DNA of 64,000 nt, from IMG/VR virus record IMGVR_UViG_3300035670_000119, positions 1 to 64,000 of that record, one strand, 5' to 3'. Every line of letters begins with the position of its first letter. Position 1 is the first letter of the stretch. The position numbers and the translations under genes were made by a program. The notes beneath the pieces were generated by a model. It worked only from the letters and a program-made list of their open reading frames with translations. It did not search any database and was not told the origin of the DNA. Below, piece by piece: positions 48,494 to 58,641 of this stretch. The DNA is from a virus.

Positions 48494-49144
48494 CTAAGCG
48501 GTGGGATAATTCATTTTATAAGGAGTATACAGATTAAGAATTTCTCCTTTCTCGTTTCTTGCTGACGGCCCGAACATGTAGGAAATCATTTCTTGTTGCG
48601 GTGTTGCAACCAGGCGCCTTGCCAGCATATCTTCTTTTACTTTATTAGCAAACGCTTGGGGACTACGGATATTAGCGGCTTTTGCAAGGCCTGCATAACG
48701 CTCAGCGTCTTCAGGACTCAGGTCAAGACCTTGTTGAAAATATAGGTTTTCAATCTCGCTTTGGTAAGCGGGCTTGCTGTAATCAATAGGTTTCTTGAGA
48801 CTTTTTGTTAACGCTTTATCAATAAATTTTGAATTGGAATAGAGGTTTTTATATTTATCAAGGAACTCTTCTGCGCCACCTCGGTTGCCAGAAGCTACGT
48901 ATTGCCTAAACTCAGATTTAATTCTTTTCTTGGTACTTTTTGGAGGCTTGATCTGGCTGAGTCCGTATTTCCCAAAGGCTACTTCTTGTTCAGTAGGCTC
49001 GTAGGGTGCGGGGCCACCACCTCCAAAACCGCCTGAGAGAAGACCACCAACGCCGCCAATGATGGAGCCAACCGGACCGAAAACAGAGCCGGTTGCCGCC
49101 CCTGATAGGCCCCCTCCAAACGCACTTCCAATATCAAAAGCCAT
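48494..49144 (-). CDS. putative internal/ejection protein
   Basis: Glycine-zipper N-terminus GGGLSGAATGSVFGPVGSIIGGVGG. Confidence 0.65.
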   Translation of the reverse strand: MAFDIGSAFGGGLSGAATGSVFGPVGSIIGGVGGLLSGGFGGGGPAPYEPTEQEVAFGKYGLSQIKPPKSTKKRIKSEFRQYVASGNRGGAEEFLDKYKNLYSNSKFIDKALTKSLKKPIDYSKPAYQSEIENLYFQQGLDLSPEDAERYAGLAKAANIRSPQAFANKVKEDMLARRLVATPQQEMISYMFGPSARNEKGEILNLYTPYKMNYPTA

Positions 49145-49184
49145 TTATCTAATAAACCTATTGCTTTATTTTAACCGAAAAGAT

Positions 49185-49634
49185 TTATGAGCCAGCGAAG
49201 CCACCAAAAGCAGTACCGCCGTATTTACCGGCAAGGTCATAGAACCTATTCGCCCTATTTGCTTGTGAATAAAAAGGATCGTTTGCTGTGAATTTAGAAG
49301 CCCAAAGAGGGGCTTCTTTTTGATTAAAAATATCAGTATTCAATGCGTGGTATTGACGACCTGTCGCAGCATCACCAAGAACGCCAGCCGCTTGCTGAAA
49401 TTGGTTGTAAGACTGATTGGCATTATTCATGCCCACCATGCTTAAACCAAGGTTGGCAATATTAAGTAAACCCCCGAGTTGACCAGTAGAAAATCCTCCA
49501 CCTGACGAAGATCCTGCAGAAGTCGACGGCGCTGGAGTAAAGGAGCCTGGAGGAGCATATTGCTGCCAACCAGATGCTCCAAATCCTGGCGCAGGAATAA
49601 ATGAACCAGGGGGAGCGTACTGTTGCCAACTCAT
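49185..49634 (-). CDS. Gly-rich putative internal protein
   Basis: Internal duplication WQQYAPPGSF(I/T)PAP. Confidence 0.6.
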   Translation of the reverse strand: MSWQQYAPPGSFIPAPGFGASGWQQYAPPGSFTPAPSTSAGSSSGGGFSTGQLGGLLNIANLGLSMVGMNNANQSYNQFQQAAGVLGDAATGRQYHALNTDIFNQKEAPLWASKFTANDPFYSQANRANRFYDLAGKYGGTAFGGFAGS

Positions 49635-49644
49635 TGTTCTACTC

Positions 49645-50103
49645 TTACAGATTGATGTACTGACGGGAAACCAATGCCGGACGCTCGCGTGCCTGGCCGA
49701 TTAAGTTAATTGTAGGCTCCGCAAATGTAAATTTCTGCGCCATAGCCTTCTGCCAATTGCCGGGGAGATCCATAAAGCCTTTGAAGACATGGCCTTGCAT
49801 AGAACGTTGTTGAGCTTTATCAAATAAACGTCCCATTGTCCCCTCGTAAATACGGGAGCGCTCTTCCAAGATTCGCGGATCGTTGTTAATGATGTCTTGA
49901 AAGATCTGTACTTTCAGGGCACGTGACGTCGGATTGTCATCTTTTCCAGAGCCAAACACGTCCTTGAGATCAATACCAAGACGATTTGCTGCGTCTTTAT
50001 AGATCTGCGTGTGATCAAGTGTGCCAGCGAGGGGAGGCTCTGTACCTGCTGCAACAGGCTGGGGAGCAAAACCAAAACCACCAAACAGCTGTCCCAGTCT
50101 CAT
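49645..50103 (-). CDS. hypothetical protein
   Basis: AAGGAG Shine-Dalgarno upstream. Confidence 0.65.
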   Translation of the reverse strand: MRLGQLFGGFGFAPQPVAAGTEPPLAGTLDHTQIYKDAANRLGIDLKDVFGSGKDDNPTSRALKVQIFQDIINNDPRILEERSRIYEGTMGRLFDKAQQRSMQGHVFKGFMDLPGNWQKAMAQKFTFAEPTINLIGQARERPALVSRQYINL

Positions 50104-50114
50104 TGTTTTTCTCC

Positions 50115-51155
50115 TTAGAACGTAATGTTGGGAGCAGCAAGAACCCCGTGTTGATAAGGGTTGGCCTGTAAAGCAGTTCGCAAGTTTGCACCAGCTTCTT
50201 GTTGACTACCAACAGCTAATTTACCTGCAGTTGCAACAGTACCAAGCATTGCATAATTCTGACCCATGGTTGCAATCAAGGCTTGCTGACGCACCAGGTC
50301 ATTACGTTTTGCCTGTTCAACAATTGGGAACTGTCGTTTTAAAACTTCAAGATCTAACTCGGCAGCATCACGACCCAACTGCTTTTGGGTCTGAATATAA
50401 AGTTGTGCTGTCCTTGCATCCATCTTCGAATAAGCCTCGACAAGCTTATCGGTCATACCGATTTGCTCAGCAAGGGAACCCTCGCGACCCGTGATGGGTT
50501 GTCCTTTGCCAATGCCACCTGGCAACTTGCCTTCTGCCTTTGCCGCTTCAGCCATGTCACCAAGTCCTGTACCAGCGGCACTTGCCAGGGCAGGAACAAC
50601 GTAACCAGCTGCTTTCAGTAATGGATTTTGGGAGGCACGCAAACCAGATGTAATGGCGGCAGTGGCACCGCCAGCCGCTAAGCCACCTACCGCACCTGCC
50701 GCAGCGCCAAGAGGACGGCCCTGGATCAATTCGTTAGTTGCGATGCCAAGAGCAGGAAGTGCGACGGTACCTTGAAGCAAACGTCCACGATCAAACAAAG
50801 CATTACGCACTTGATTAGCTGATTGCCCAAGGCCGCCAGGGCCACCGGGAGTAGCATTGGTCCCTGTAATCGGAACAGTGCCACCACCGCCGCCGCCACC
50901 TGTTACGCGCCCTTGACCAGTACCTGAACCGCGTCCACCGCCGCCTGTAGTTACATTACCTGCTTCAGGGTAAGCATTACCAGTAATGCGTGGATCAAGG
51001 CTGGGTTGTTGCTCACCAAGTCCAACCGCTTGCGCCATGCCTTGCATCAAGTTTTGGAACGCAGCGCCAATGCCTGTACTTGGTTCTTGATAAAGGCGGG
51101 ATGCGCGGCCACGACGAGAAAAAGTCTGTTCGTCGCCCCCTGTAACGCTTGCCAT
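50115..51155 (-). CDS. Gly/Ala-rich putative internal/ejection protein
   Basis: Glycine-zipper segments, 346 aa. Confidence 0.65.
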   Translation of the reverse strand: MASVTGGDEQTFSRRGRASRLYQEPSTGIGAAFQNLMQGMAQAVGLGEQQPSLDPRITGNAYPEAGNVTTGGGGRGSGTGQGRVTGGGGGGGTVPITGTNATPGGPGGLGQSANQVRNALFDRGRLLQGTVALPALGIATNELIQGRPLGAAAGAVGGLAAGGATAAITSGLRASQNPLLKAAGYVVPALASAAGTGLGDMAEAAKAEGKLPGGIGKGQPITGREGSLAEQIGMTDKLVEAYSKMDARTAQLYIQTQKQLGRDAAELDLEVLKRQFPIVEQAKRNDLVRQQALIATMGQNYAMLGTVATAGKLAVGSQQEAGANLRTALQANPYQHGVLAAPNITF

Positions 51156-51185
51156 ATTACAGCTATGTTTTATGTGATAATTCTA

Positions 51186-52181
51186 TCACTGCACTTCTTG
51201 TTCATATTGTGCAAGTGTTGGTAACTTAGGACGATTGCCTTGTGCAATTAACTCATTAACTGCTGTGCCAAGTACAGCGCCAGCCACTGCACCTACAACT
51301 CCGCCGCCTAATCCCCTTCTAGTGAGGCCCTTGGCAGAAGAAAGACTCGTGGTAACAACATCGTCGGCAATACCAGGGAGGCCCTGCTGGACAACAACAG
51401 AACGGTTTGGATTAGGTGCACGCAACGCAACAGCTGCACCAGCAAGACCCCCAAGAGCTGTTGCAGCAGACGCAATATTGACAGGGTAACCAAGCATGCG
51501 AAGCTCTGGCACACCTTCTAGGTTTTCATTGGTGTATTTAACTAAACCAAGTAAGCCTTTATCTTGGTAATAGTTTTTCATAAAATTGGAGTAGCGTTCA
51601 GGAGTTAAATCCGGGATGTCTTCTTTTGCAGTCTCATATTTTAAAGGTCTGCCTTGACGACTTAAAAAGAAACGTTCAAACAATTCTTGAACTGGTTGTT
51701 CAGTTTGCCTACGATCTTCTGAGCCTTCTTCTGCGTACTGTTGCGCATAGCCCTTGGGCCTGAACATCTCTCCAACATTTGTAATGTCATAGGTACCAGC
51801 GAGAGCTGTGGCCGGTGCAGTAATACCAAGCGCAATAAGACCTGTTTTTGTTTTACCCAACTGTTTATACGCTTCTTCACCTATTGCCGTTTCTAGTGTT
51901 CTATCAACTGCTTTGTCCAGAATTGCTAAAGGGTGGTTATACCGCCAGTAAATGCCGCGTGTGCCGTCATTGGCTATGTCAGTCATCAAGCGTGCGCCAA
52001 AAGCACCTACAGCTTGAACAGGTGTTTCACTTAAAGATACGCCAAGATTTTTTAATTCTTGGTGGTACTTCCCACGGAGGTTTAGAACACTTGGATAAAC
52101 CTCTTCCGCACGACGCGTCGCCTCTGCACTTTTGGCAGCACCTGCACCGAGATTATTTAAGAAGTTTTGAAACTTATTCAT
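51186..52181 (-). CDS. putative internal/ejection protein
   Basis: C-terminal glycine zipper GGVVGAVAGAVLG. Confidence 0.65.
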   Translation of the reverse strand: MNKFQNFLNNLGAGAAKSAEATRRAEEVYPSVLNLRGKYHQELKNLGVSLSETPVQAVGAFGARLMTDIANDGTRGIYWRYNHPLAILDKAVDRTLETAIGEEAYKQLGKTKTGLIALGITAPATALAGTYDITNVGEMFRPKGYAQQYAEEGSEDRRQTEQPVQELFERFFLSRQGRPLKYETAKEDIPDLTPERYSNFMKNYYQDKGLLGLVKYTNENLEGVPELRMLGYPVNIASAATALGGLAGAAVALRAPNPNRSVVVQQGLPGIADDVVTTSLSSAKGLTRRGLGGGVVGAVAGAVLGTAVNELIAQGNRPKLPTLAQYEQEVQ

Positions 52182-52182
52182 A

Positions 52183-52773
52183 TCACACACCCACAATGGA
52201 TGCCATGCCCGCACGAATGGCGTTCAAGTCAACTCCGCCAGAATTAAGCAGTTCTTCTCGTGCTGCATAAGACATGGGCAATGTTGACTCAATGCCTTGA
52301 GTTTGGAACATAGTACCGGGGGAGTAGGCATTGCGTACTGCCATACGGTTTGCGTTTACTTGATTTGCTTGTTCAGCAAGTTTTTCATTAAGAAGATCAC
52401 GTTGTATATTTTGTTGTAAAACTTGTTGAGATTGGATAAGATCGGTGGGAAGAGGTTGATTATGTAATAGACTGCCTACGCCCATGCTGGTAAGAAGGCT
52501 TGTGCCAATATTGACCGGTGTCTCTAAACGACTAACAATTGGTTCTGTTCTTTTTACACCGTTCTCTATAACCGTACGTGTCCCTTTGGGTCTAAGCGCA
52601 CGAACGCCAGAAACTGCAGCGCCCGAAGCAAGGGTATCTGCTGCACCATAAAGCATAGCCTCTGGAAGCGGAGTGCCTGTCAGTAATCCATATCCAGTGG
52701 TAAGCAGTCCGCTGCTTAGACCAGGCTTAACAGCGTTTAATAAAGATTGAAAAAGCCTGCCGCTTGCAGCCAT
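52183..52773 (-). CDS. hypothetical protein
   Basis: 196 aa; TATAAT box at 52791-52796. Confidence 0.65.
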   Translation of the reverse strand: MAASGRLFQSLLNAVKPGLSSGLLTTGYGLLTGTPLPEAMLYGAADTLASGAAVSGVRALRPKGTRTVIENGVKRTEPIVSRLETPVNIGTSLLTSMGVGSLLHNQPLPTDLIQSQQVLQQNIQRDLLNEKLAEQANQVNANRMAVRNAYSPGTMFQTQGIESTLPMSYAAREELLNSGGVDLNAIRAGMASIVGV

Positions 52774-52800
52774 GATATCTTTTTCTTTTTATTATAAATG

Positions 52801-53340
52801 TTAGGCATCCTCTGAATCATTACTTAAGAGCTGGGCGACAGACCTCTTGTCTTCCATCTCAGCTTCAACCCTGCGCTCTGCGGTCTCCATGAGATAGCCC
52901 CGTGGATCAGGGTTAGCAATGCGAGGCATGGGATTGGTAATGCGTTTATCAGGATTAAGGGTAGGACTTAGTTTGTAAGCCTCTACCCAGATATCAGAAA
53001 AACCTGGTTGCTCTTGAGGACGCAAAGCAGTATTGGGACGCCCTTCATCAAAGCTGTAATCTTCTTTGCGTTTAAACCTTCCAAGTCCAGCAAAAACTTC
53101 AAACTCTTCAGGATTGTTGCCAACGAAGTTTAAACCTGGATTTAGTTTTAACTTACGTGTTTGGATGCGACGAAGAATATCTTTGTCCTCGAAGCGACCG
53201 TGCATCCATGGAGAAACACCAGTGGATGCTTTGGGCGCAAAGAGATCATCGTAGTTTAGTTGTTTCTTTTGGGTGAAAATATCCTGTCCGTAGGAAATAT
53301 ACTTTGACGGATCGCTGCTAAGCCGATGATCTCTTGCCAT
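52801..53340 (-). CDS. hypothetical protein
   Basis: Coupled ORF, 179 aa. Confidence 0.65.
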   Translation of the reverse strand: MARDHRLSSDPSKYISYGQDIFTQKKQLNYDDLFAPKASTGVSPWMHGRFEDKDILRRIQTRKLKLNPGLNFVGNNPEEFEVFAGLGRFKRKEDYSFDEGRPNTALRPQEQPGFSDIWVEAYKLSPTLNPDKRITNPMPRIANPDPRGYLMETAERRVEAEMEDKRSVAQLLSNDSEDA

Positions 53341-53570
53341 TATTCCTCAGCTTTCTTGCGGTCTTTTTTCTTCTTTAATCCTACCAAGGTTTGACGCAAC
53401 CGCGCTTGTTTTACGGTTTTTTCATCGTACTTTTCAGGATTGGCAAGAACGTTTTCTTGGAGCTGAGCAGAAGTAATACCTTTTTTCTTGGCTTTAGCAG
53501 TAAAAACACCCTCCTTCATCTCCATGCCTTGAATCCACTTTTTATCCTTCTTTTTCTTTTGTTCAGCCAT
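53340..53570 (-). CDS. small basic protein
   Basis: KWIQG...KEGVFTAKAKKKG...KQARLRQTL. Confidence 0.7.
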   Translation of the reverse strand: MAEQKKKKDKKWIQGMEMKEGVFTAKAKKKGITSAQLQENVLANPEKYDEKTVKQARLRQTLVGLKKKKDRKKAEE

Positions 53571-53572
53571 GA

Positions 53573-56500
53573 TTAGCCTCGTGGGAAGAAGACGTTGCGT
53601 TGAACCGGGCGATTCGCCTGCGCCATTGGAACCATTTTACCTTGTCTGCGCACCATTCTCTGAGGAGTGGATTGAGAAGCAAGCTGCTGCGCTTCACGTG
53701 CCAATGCTTTTTCATAGAAGTCCAGGGCACTGTTGGGGGTGTAACCCGAAGCCGGTCTTTCCGTAAGCATACCGGGAATCGAAAGTTGAGGTCCAGTAAC
53801 ACGACGTTCGTAACCGGCAATCTCACGGTTGGCACTTGTACCTAAGGTACTAACAGCGGGACCTTGTTGAGGTGGTGGAATAGGACCGTAAGTGCGTTCT
53901 CCAGCAGTGCCCATTGGAATGTTACGTTCACCAGTCTTAACGCCTACTTGAGTTGCTCCAGGTTGTTGACCACGCTTGTAAGCTGCTTGTGCCATAAGTT
54001 GATTACCGATCTGTTGTAACTGCGATCCAGAAGCACCATAGCGCTCAAGAACTTGAGATTCAGTTAGTGCGCCAAGACCGGCGGGAATAGCTCCTATGCC
54101 CTGGCCAAGCTGTTGCGCACCACGCACCATGCGGCCACCGGGGGTTGCTTCTGCAGCGGCTGCAAGACGATAGCGGTTATATTCTTGAAGCTCAGCGGAA
54201 GGAGATGTACGCACCGAAAGACGGCTTCCGCCTTGTGGATAATCGCCACTAAGAACATCAGATGCTGGGCCAGCAGCAAAACGAGCAGGTCCTGTAAAGG
54301 AAGACGTAATTGGTTCTTGTATCAACTCCCCAAACTCGTTGTAATAGAAGCCGGGTTTTGCGGGACGCTGTGTAGGAGATACGTTTGGTTGACCTGTTTG
54401 ACGAGAAGACAGGGTTTGATAGGGGCCCGAAACCACCTCACCTTCTCCTTTTAAGGTAATTCCTGTAAGCTCCGCAATGTTTAATGCATCCTGATTCTCT
54501 CTCTTGAGAGTTTCAATTAATTGATTGCGTGGATAAGAGACGGTTTTATCACCCATCTTATAAGTAACTTTGGCCCCAGGGGTGCCAGGGGGATCAGTAG
54601 AGACTTGCGCACCGCTCTTAAGCAAAGTACGCAACTGAGAAGAAACCGCTCCACCCATCGAAGGCTCAAGGCGTGCGTAATACGCCGAACGGACATTCTC
54701 TCCAGTAGCAGATTTTTGCATGATATCCGGAAGAGGTTGACCGGATAGTTGGCGTTCGGGCGATGAAATTTGAGGTTTGGCAGAAGTAATAACACCAGAC
54801 TCATCAAAGCCTGGTAGGTATTGAGAAACAAGAGTTTGCGTGCGTTTCGAGATTTCTTCAGGATCTAAACCTTGCTGCTTAAGACTAGATTCAATTGTGT
54901 TAGAAAGTTGACGCTGAGCTTCAATAATATTTGTACGGCGATTTTGTTCATTTTGCACCGCAGATTTGCCTTTAGTTTGTGGTCCAGTGTAAGGAAGTTT
55001 TTCTCCATTCACACCAACCAAGAAACCTTTTTGTTGCGTCTCATAAGACGCCCCAGAAAGCATATTAATAAATTGACGACGGGACTCATCATACTGATCA
55101 AAAGGCCGTTGCGTCATGATTGGTGTATCACCAACCGTATTCTTCAAAAGAACATTAACCTTTCTGTTGATTGTTTCGTAATCATCGCCATGAATATCTT
55201 TAATACTTTGTACAGCATTTTGAATTGAAGTGAGCGGTGGTACACCGACAAGGGCCGCGGCATAAGGTGAAACTTCAGCATCTAAACGAATGTTGAAATT
55301 CACAAGGCGCGGTTTTGTTTTGCCAGAATCTGGATCTGTTACTAGTTCTACACGTTGAAGAGGAGCATGAACAATTTCAGTAGTTTTAAATTGACCAATA
55401 ACACCAGGGGCAATTTCGTTTTCAGTTAAGGCATCTACTGCCATGGGAACGGTGTCAATGATATTCCCTGTTTCAGCCCCTTTATAGCGAATTGGAGATT
55501 GACGAGATTCAGCCGTCAACGAAGAAAGGTTATAAGAAGGAAAACCAACCATTTGACCATTTATCTTGCGCATGGCAGGATAAACTTCTGGCTGGTACAC
55601 CGGCAGGTATGCGCGATCTCTTGGTTGTGTAGAACCACTTGGGCGTTCTTTTTCAAAATATTTCTGAAGAGGCCCTGTATATTCTTCTTGTTCACCAAGA
55701 CGCGCACGGGCTTCTTCTCCACGAGCAGGCCGTAATTCAGTGATGTACTGAGGAATATCTCCGACTTCTGATTCGTAAATTTCTTGCAAAGCTTCTGATG
55801 TTGCTTTGTCCCAACCGCCAAACGTTTGTGCACGATTGCGAGAATCACGTTGAGCCTCTGGTAATTGATAATTGAGAAGACCAGCGGCTTTGCGTTTTTC
55901 GTAATCAGTGATCGTATGTGGAAGCTCTGCCGAACGACGCTCCCAGTAATTCTTCATGGCCTCTGCATAAGCCGGGTTTACCACTTCGCGCATCTCCCCG
56001 CGAATACCACTGATGGGCTCATCAAGTAATTCGGTGTAAGGCAATTTACCTTTACGCGACAAAGCTAAAGCCGTAGTACCAGCTTCACCACGGACTCCTT
56101 CGCTTGCTTGTTTTAAACGTTGAAGATTGTAAATAGCACCTTCTTTTTGACCAGGGCTTAACTCAGTATCGTTTAAAACATTTTGGATTTGGCGATCAAC
56201 CATCTCAGGATCAATTTGTGCAAATGCCGAGAAAGTTTCACGCATTGGCGAACTTGGTCCCAAGACATTTACTTCTTCTCCTTCGTATACGTTTTTCAGA
56301 GAAGAAGGATAATTAACGATTCCTTCAGGCATCTGCCGTGAAGGCGACAGGCTTGTGCCTTCGTTCCAGGCTCTCTTTGAGAATATAGGCTGTTCAAGCA
56401 AAGCCTGCTCACTTGCCAAGCGGTCTAAAATCTTTTCTTCCCGCAAAGGGCGACGTGCTGCAGGAAGTACGCTAGATGGCGCATAAATACGTTCCTCCTG

Positions 56501-57004
56501 TGGAACGGCAACAGCTTGATCTGTAGATGAGGTACTGCGTTGTTTTTCTTCCAGGCGGCGCTGAAGAAATTGTTGGGCACCAGAGTTTACTGTTTCGTTA
56601 CGTACGTCAGCTACAGGGGGCTCCTTGGATTCTTGTACGTCAACTAAGGTTTCCTCTGGAACTTCCGGTACATCTTCCTGTGGACGGTAACGTGCGCCCG
56701 CTGCAGTCTCTAAATCGGTAAAAGTGACGCCTGACTTACCAGGCTGCTTAGGAATATCAGTAACACCACGGTCCTGAAGCAGTTTACGCACCCCATAAGC
56801 ACCTGCACCAAGGCCAGCAGCCGCTAAACCAAGGCCAATGCCCACCGAAACAGGGTCAATGCCCTCAGATTGGGGTGCTTTTAGCTGATTACGGCGAAAT
56901 TCCAGAACTTCTGGGGCCATCTGCGCCCTTTCTTCCGGATCTTCGGGTACTGGAACCCCGGTTGCACGGCTATAAGCGTAAAAATCAGCGGGTGCCAGTG
57001 CCAT
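53573..57004 (-). CDS. large hypothetical protein (first gene of late operon)
   Basis: 1143 aa; hydrophobic Gly-rich helix near the N-terminus. Confidence 0.7.
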   Translation of the reverse strand: MALAPADFYAYSRATGVPVPEDPEERAQMAPEVLEFRRNQLKAPQSEGIDPVSVGIGLGLAAAGLGAGAYGVRKLLQDRGVTDIPKQPGKSGVTFTDLETAAGARYRPQEDVPEVPEETLVDVQESKEPPVADVRNETVNSGAQQFLQRRLEEKQRSTSSTDQAVAVPQEERIYAPSSVLPAARRPLREEKILDRLASEQALLEQPIFSKRAWNEGTSLSPSRQMPEGIVNYPSSLKNVYEGEEVNVLGPSSPMRETFSAFAQIDPEMVDRQIQNVLNDTELSPGQKEGAIYNLQRLKQASEGVRGEAGTTALALSRKGKLPYTELLDEPISGIRGEMREVVNPAYAEAMKNYWERRSAELPHTITDYEKRKAAGLLNYQLPEAQRDSRNRAQTFGGWDKATSEALQEIYESEVGDIPQYITELRPARGEEARARLGEQEEYTGPLQKYFEKERPSGSTQPRDRAYLPVYQPEVYPAMRKINGQMVGFPSYNLSSLTAESRQSPIRYKGAETGNIIDTVPMAVDALTENEIAPGVIGQFKTTEIVHAPLQRVELVTDPDSGKTKPRLVNFNIRLDAEVSPYAAALVGVPPLTSIQNAVQSIKDIHGDDYETINRKVNVLLKNTVGDTPIMTQRPFDQYDESRRQFINMLSGASYETQQKGFLVGVNGEKLPYTGPQTKGKSAVQNEQNRRTNIIEAQRQLSNTIESSLKQQGLDPEEISKRTQTLVSQYLPGFDESGVITSAKPQISSPERQLSGQPLPDIMQKSATGENVRSAYYARLEPSMGGAVSSQLRTLLKSGAQVSTDPPGTPGAKVTYKMGDKTVSYPRNQLIETLKRENQDALNIAELTGITLKGEGEVVSGPYQTLSSRQTGQPNVSPTQRPAKPGFYYNEFGELIQEPITSSFTGPARFAAGPASDVLSGDYPQGGSRLSVRTSPSAELQEYNRYRLAAAAEATPGGRMVRGAQQLGQGIGAIPAGLGALTESQVLERYGASGSQLQQIGNQLMAQAAYKRGQQPGATQVGVKTGERNIPMGTAGERTYGPIPPPQQGPAVSTLGTSANREIAGYERRVTGPQLSIPGMLTERPASGYTPNSALDFYEKALAREAQQLASQSTPQRMVRRQGKMVPMAQANRPVQRNVFFPRG

Positions 57005-57125
57005 TTGTTTATTGTTGCGCGTTAAAGTTGTCCTTCTTTGTATTTTAAAGGAAAGAATTTGTAAAACACTACGTAAGTTAGACTGTTAACAAGAAAAACA
57101 CAGCGACAAGCAACGTAAAAAAGTC

Positions 57126-57335
57126 ATGAACCCTAAAACGCAGATGGAAAGGGGAATTGCACTCAAGGCAATTGCCAGCAAAGCACGAGAACTGCAAGAT
57201 AAAGGAGTCAGTGGCTTAGCTGTAGATCAATTTTTAATTGGTGCCAGGCAAAAATTGGCGGAAGAGCGCCCTGATGTAGAAGCACACGCTAAGGCCGCGG
57301 CTGCATCTAACAAATGGATGGCACAAAACCGTTAA
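57126..57335 (+). CDS. hypothetical protein
   Basis: 69 aa; TAGACT box at 57079. Confidence 0.6.
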   Translation: MNPKTQMERGIALKAIASKARELQDKGVSGLAVDQFLIGARQKLAEERPDVEAHAKAAAASNKWMAQNR

Positions 57336-57367
57336 GAAGAGTAAAAATATTTTTTAATATTTTTTAC

Positions 57368-57391
57368 CGGGGGCTAAAACCCCCGTTTTTT
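57368..57391 (+). terminator. intrinsic terminator
   Basis: CGGGGG-ctaaaa-CCCCCG followed by a T run. Confidence 0.7.
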
Positions 57392-57604
57392 GTGTAATTT
57401 TTTGGTGTAAGCAGTTGTTACCCATACATTTTTTGCAAAAATTGGCCCTATAGGGGTCCAAAAAGGATAAAAAATTATCTGACGCTTCTTCAACACCATG
57501 CGCGTAGTGAATTGCGTATAGAAAAAAAGAAAGGTGTGGTGGGTTAAATAATTTATCGGGGGCTGCGCATCCGTGTAACGCAGGTATTCCATCGCTTTAG
57601 ATCA

Positions 57605-57916
57605 ATGCAGTTGACGAAGGAAGAGCAGAAGGTTGTCGAGTTTGACGACCGTTGTCAGATGGTGGCAAGTTATCTATGGGAAGGTAAGTCTGTCACGATG
57701 ACTGCGAAGCAGCTTGAGTGGTATGACGTGACGCCGCACCAAGTGATAGCGGAGCTGAGCGGTTGGCTTCGTTCGGAAGAGCAAGAAGCCTGCTGGGAAG
57801 CGGAGCATTTGTATCGTGGCAGCCGCCGTGAGCGTACACATGTTGTCTATTGCACCAAGCAAGGTGACAAGTATGTGTTCAAGGCGAAGGTTGTCAAGGT
57901 AGCTAACTACGTTTGA
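57605..57916 (+). CDS. hypothetical early protein
   Basis: 103-aa ORF. Confidence 0.6.
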   Translation: MQLTKEEQKVVEFDDRCQMVASYLWEGKSVTMTAKQLEWYDVTPHQVIAELSGWLRSEEQEACWEAEHLYRGSRRERTHVVYCTKQGDKYVFKAKVVKVANYV

Positions 57917-57928
57917 CGGTTAACTCTT

Positions 57929-57956
57929 CCCCTGGTGAGAGCCAGGGGTTTATTTA
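57929..57956 (+). terminator. intrinsic terminator
   Basis: CCCCTGGT-gaga-GCCAGGGG followed by TTTATTT. Confidence 0.7.
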
Positions 57957-58049
57957 GCCCTCAAAGCTATGCTTCTAGACGCATAAACGCATTCTGTACA
58001 GTCTGTACATCGCGCGCGCGTACTTTTGGGCTACATCTGCTGCCTGTTC

Positions 58050-58126
58050 AGGCAGGACAGTCGCGCCGCAAGGGATCTCAGCGATTAATCGTCAAGCTGG
58101 ACGTTAAACGTAGCCTTGTCCTACCT
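58050..58126 (+). ncRNA. multibranch leader RNA containing a UAAAC pseudoknot
   Basis: Outer stem 58050-58060/58116-58126; TCGC/GCGA arm with GCAA loop; CGTC-aagctg-GACG-ttaaac-gTAGC. Confidence 0.45.
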
Positions 58127-58137
58127 AATTCAACACC

Positions 58138-58299
58138 ATGACTTACACCGTTATCATCAAGCATCACGACGTATTCTCTCAGTCTTATCTCCAGGGCTGT
58201 GAGCAATCGTTTGACACTGAGCAGCAAGCTCAGGATTACATTCAAACATTTGAGGATTGGGAACAAGATCTTCTGGAGATTGATTTCAATCCTTTCTGA
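58138..58299 (+). CDS. hypothetical early protein (53 aa)
   Basis: Hand-translated MTYTVIIKHHDVFSQSYLQG...FNPF. Confidence 0.55.
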   Translation: MTYTVIIKHHDVFSQSYLQGCEQSFDTEQQAQDYIQTFEDWEQDLLEIDFNPF

Positions 58300-58339
58300 G
58301 TAACAGGCGTGATGCCGGGGGATCGAATCCCCCACTCAG
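58296..58339 (+). ncRNA. T-loop-containing three-way mini-RNA
   Basis: CTGAGT/ACTCAG stem; GGC-gtgat-GCC; GGGGG-atcgaat-CCCCC. Confidence 0.45.
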
Positions 58340-58380
58340 TATTGCCACAATTCAGTGGCATTTACCTACACCACACGACC

Positions 58381-58569
58381 GTGATCAAAGCACAGAACGT
58401 CTACGCACTCATCATCATCCAGGCATTTGCCATGGGTATTATCGCTGGTCCAGTTGCTGGATACTTCATTGATAAGGCAACTGCCAAGCAATGCATTACT
58501 CACGACTGGCCGAAGGAGGCCGATCAAATCCACCGTGATTGGTGCGTCACTAACGGCTACAAGATCTAA
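58381..58569 (+). CDS. small membrane protein
   Basis: TM helix followed by QCITHDWP...WC..NGY. Confidence 0.6.
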   Translation: MIKAQNVYALIIIQAFAMGIIAGPVAGYFIDKATAKQCITHDWPKEADQIHRDWCVTNGYKI

Positions 58570-58641
58570 GACTCCTGCTCTGGGGACTACGGTCCCCTCA
58601 ACAGGACTCAACATCCTGTATCCCACTGCTCATTCAACACC

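Noticed and set aside
57336-57604. Genome terminus or pac site in the AT-rich gap
   Set aside because: Plausible by position, but no terminal repeat is visible; needs read-end data
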